Source: an uncultured Spirochaetota bacterium
GTDB lineage: Bacteria; Spirochaetota; UBA4802; UBA5550
Length of the DNA: 64,000 nt
Direction: 5' to 3'
Assembly: GCA_963827275.1 (NCBI GenBank)
Contig: CAWHAA010000007.1
Span: 160,001-224,000 of the forward strand
The notes beneath the pieces are model-generated. The model was not told the origin of the DNA and ran no database searches. It saw nothing but the letters and a program-made list of their open reading frames with translations. Below are positions 62,628 through 64,000 of the stretch, piece after piece; positions within the stretch are counted from its first letter, which is position 1; each line of letters begins with the position of its first letter. A program made the position numbers and the translations under genes.

Positions 62628-63029
62628 TCAGCGGCACAGGTCGCCGTATTTTTTCAGGGTCCGGGGGCAGTACGCTGCGAGCGCCGGGCCGGAGAGGCGG
62701 TCCATGCGGACCGCTTTTTTGCCTTCCACGGAATATTCCCTTTCGACAATCACACTATATTCTTCGTCGCATTGAATCTTTTCGAGCATGATCTTCGTCC
62801 CCGCTGAATCCCGCGCCGCGTCGAGCGGCATCAGCGTCCCGTTTTTCGTCGCCTGGCGGTATTTTCCCGGGTCGGAATATTCCCACGAGGTGATCTCCTC
62901 GAGGTCATGCTCGGTCTGGCATATGTAGAGCTTCATGACCTGGTCGAGGCAGAACGCCGGCGCGGCGAGCAGGAGCGCAACTGCGGCACGCCGGGCGAAG
63001 CTGGATATGCATGAGATTGTCGAATTCAT
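62628..63029 (-). CDS. Hypothetical exported protein
   Basis: ORF with signal-like RRAAVALLLAAPAFC segment; start uncertain. Confidence 0.5.
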   Translation of the reverse strand: MNSTISCISSFARRAAVALLLAAPAFCLDQVMKLYICQTEHDLEEITSWEYSDPGKYRQATKNGTLMPLDAARDSAGTKIMLEKIQCDEEYSVIVEREYSVEGKKAVRMDRLSGPALAAYCPRTLKKYGDLCR

Positions 63030-63331
63030 CACCTGCACCATTGATGCTCTATATACATCACGGCAATTCTGCCGCGTCAAGGTATTTTAATGCACAGGGA
63101 AAACGCATACTCATAGGGTGGGGCCTGTGCGACTGAATCTGTTTTATCTGAGCCGGCAACCTCTCAGATAAGACCCTTCCCGGCACAAAAAGCGCCGGAC
63201 AGTGATTAAGATTTTATGCACCGTTCCACTGAACGCCGGAGGGTTTGCCCGCGGGTGTCCAGTTTATCGCGCCCTTCGGGGACGAGGCGTCTTTTTTCCG
63301 CCTGGCGGCCTGGCTCGAAGGGGCGGGGCTT

Positions 63332-64000
63332 CTATATTTTCTTTCCAATATAAAATACATATCCATAATAATCTTTATATTTATCATAAAGTAGGGCATG
63401 GTGTTTTTCGTATTTTATAAATTCTTCCGCTGATTTATTACCTTTGTATTTATCCAAAAATGCTTTTTGTGCCGTTATTCCTGGCTTAAAGAAATTTTCA
63501 GTCCAGCAAACCTCCGGCAATATAAATGATGCCACAACAATATAGCCTGCTTTTTGCATTTGAGCAATTTTATTTGGAATGGTGTCTATCTCAGGATATG
63601 CTTCATTCCAAAAATCAAATATTTCTTTTGGCCGTTCTTCTGTAAACCATGATGCTTCAGTTACGGCAATGTAGCCGCCTTTTTTTAAAAACTTTTTCCA
63701 ATAATTCATGCCTTTTTCAAAGCCAATATTATATATTGCTCCTTCACTCCAGATAAGGTCTAATTCATTTAATTGAAAATCAAGTTTATCCATTGAACCA
63801 ATGACGCCTTTAACTCTGCTTTGAAGATTCAATTTTTTTGCATTGTCATTTAATTTTTCTATAAAACCAGGAAACAAATCAATGCCTGTAATATTCCCCG
63901 GAATGTTTTGAGCCAAAACTATAGTTTGACCTCCTGTACCACAACCAAGATCAACAATGCTTGATTTTTCGTCGATATTGTCAATAAAGCTCAATGCTTT
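63332..64000 (-). CDS. Class I SAM-dependent methyltransferase (5' end outside window), AT-rich
   Basis: [24 protein letters not shown]. Confidence 0.9.
   Translation of the reverse strand, partial: KALSFIDNIDEKSSIVDLGCGTGGQTIVLAQNIPGNITGIDLFPGFIEKLNDNAKKLNLQSRVKGVIGSMDKLDFQLNELDLIWSEGAIYNIGFEKGMNYWKKFLKKGGYIAVTEASWFTEERPKEIFDFWNEAYPEIDTIPNKIAQMQKAGYIVVASFILPEVCWTENFFKPGITAQKAFLDKYKGNKSAEEFIKYEKHHALLYDKYKDYYGYVFYIGKKI

Overview
GC-rich chromosomal segment of a spirochaete, probably from a Leptospira-related or deep-branching lineage. Markers: cfpA, a LipL45-like lipoprotein, flgG-flgA-flgH-flgI-flgJ and a DNPR-type MurE. Content is mostly housekeeping: uvrA, pcm, tRNA-Gly(TCC), a dcw cluster (mraZ to ftsZ, without ftsI/murB/ddl), amgK/murU, a probable 6S RNA, pgk, tatC, an acyl-CoA ligase, purL/purQ, DAHP synthase, adk and flagellar rod/ring genes. 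Single-base indels break many conserved genes, including essential ones, and most likely reflect long-read assembly error. The best candidate for an undescribed system is 37640-44882: VWA-TM-FHA-like gene, cfpA, a hypothetical protein ending in an HPr-like domain with the phospho-acceptor His kept, and a PPDK homologue with substituted ATP-grasp residues but intact PEP and phospho-His domains. This suggests a PEP-driven, PTS-like phosphorelay linked to the cytoplasmic filament. The second candidate is an operon at 8052-11463: a beta-barrel/coiled-coil/Cys-rich protein, a MotA/TolQ/ExbB channel and a TM-VWA protein. All family calls come from motifs read by eye and reference sequences recalled from memory; no database searches were run.
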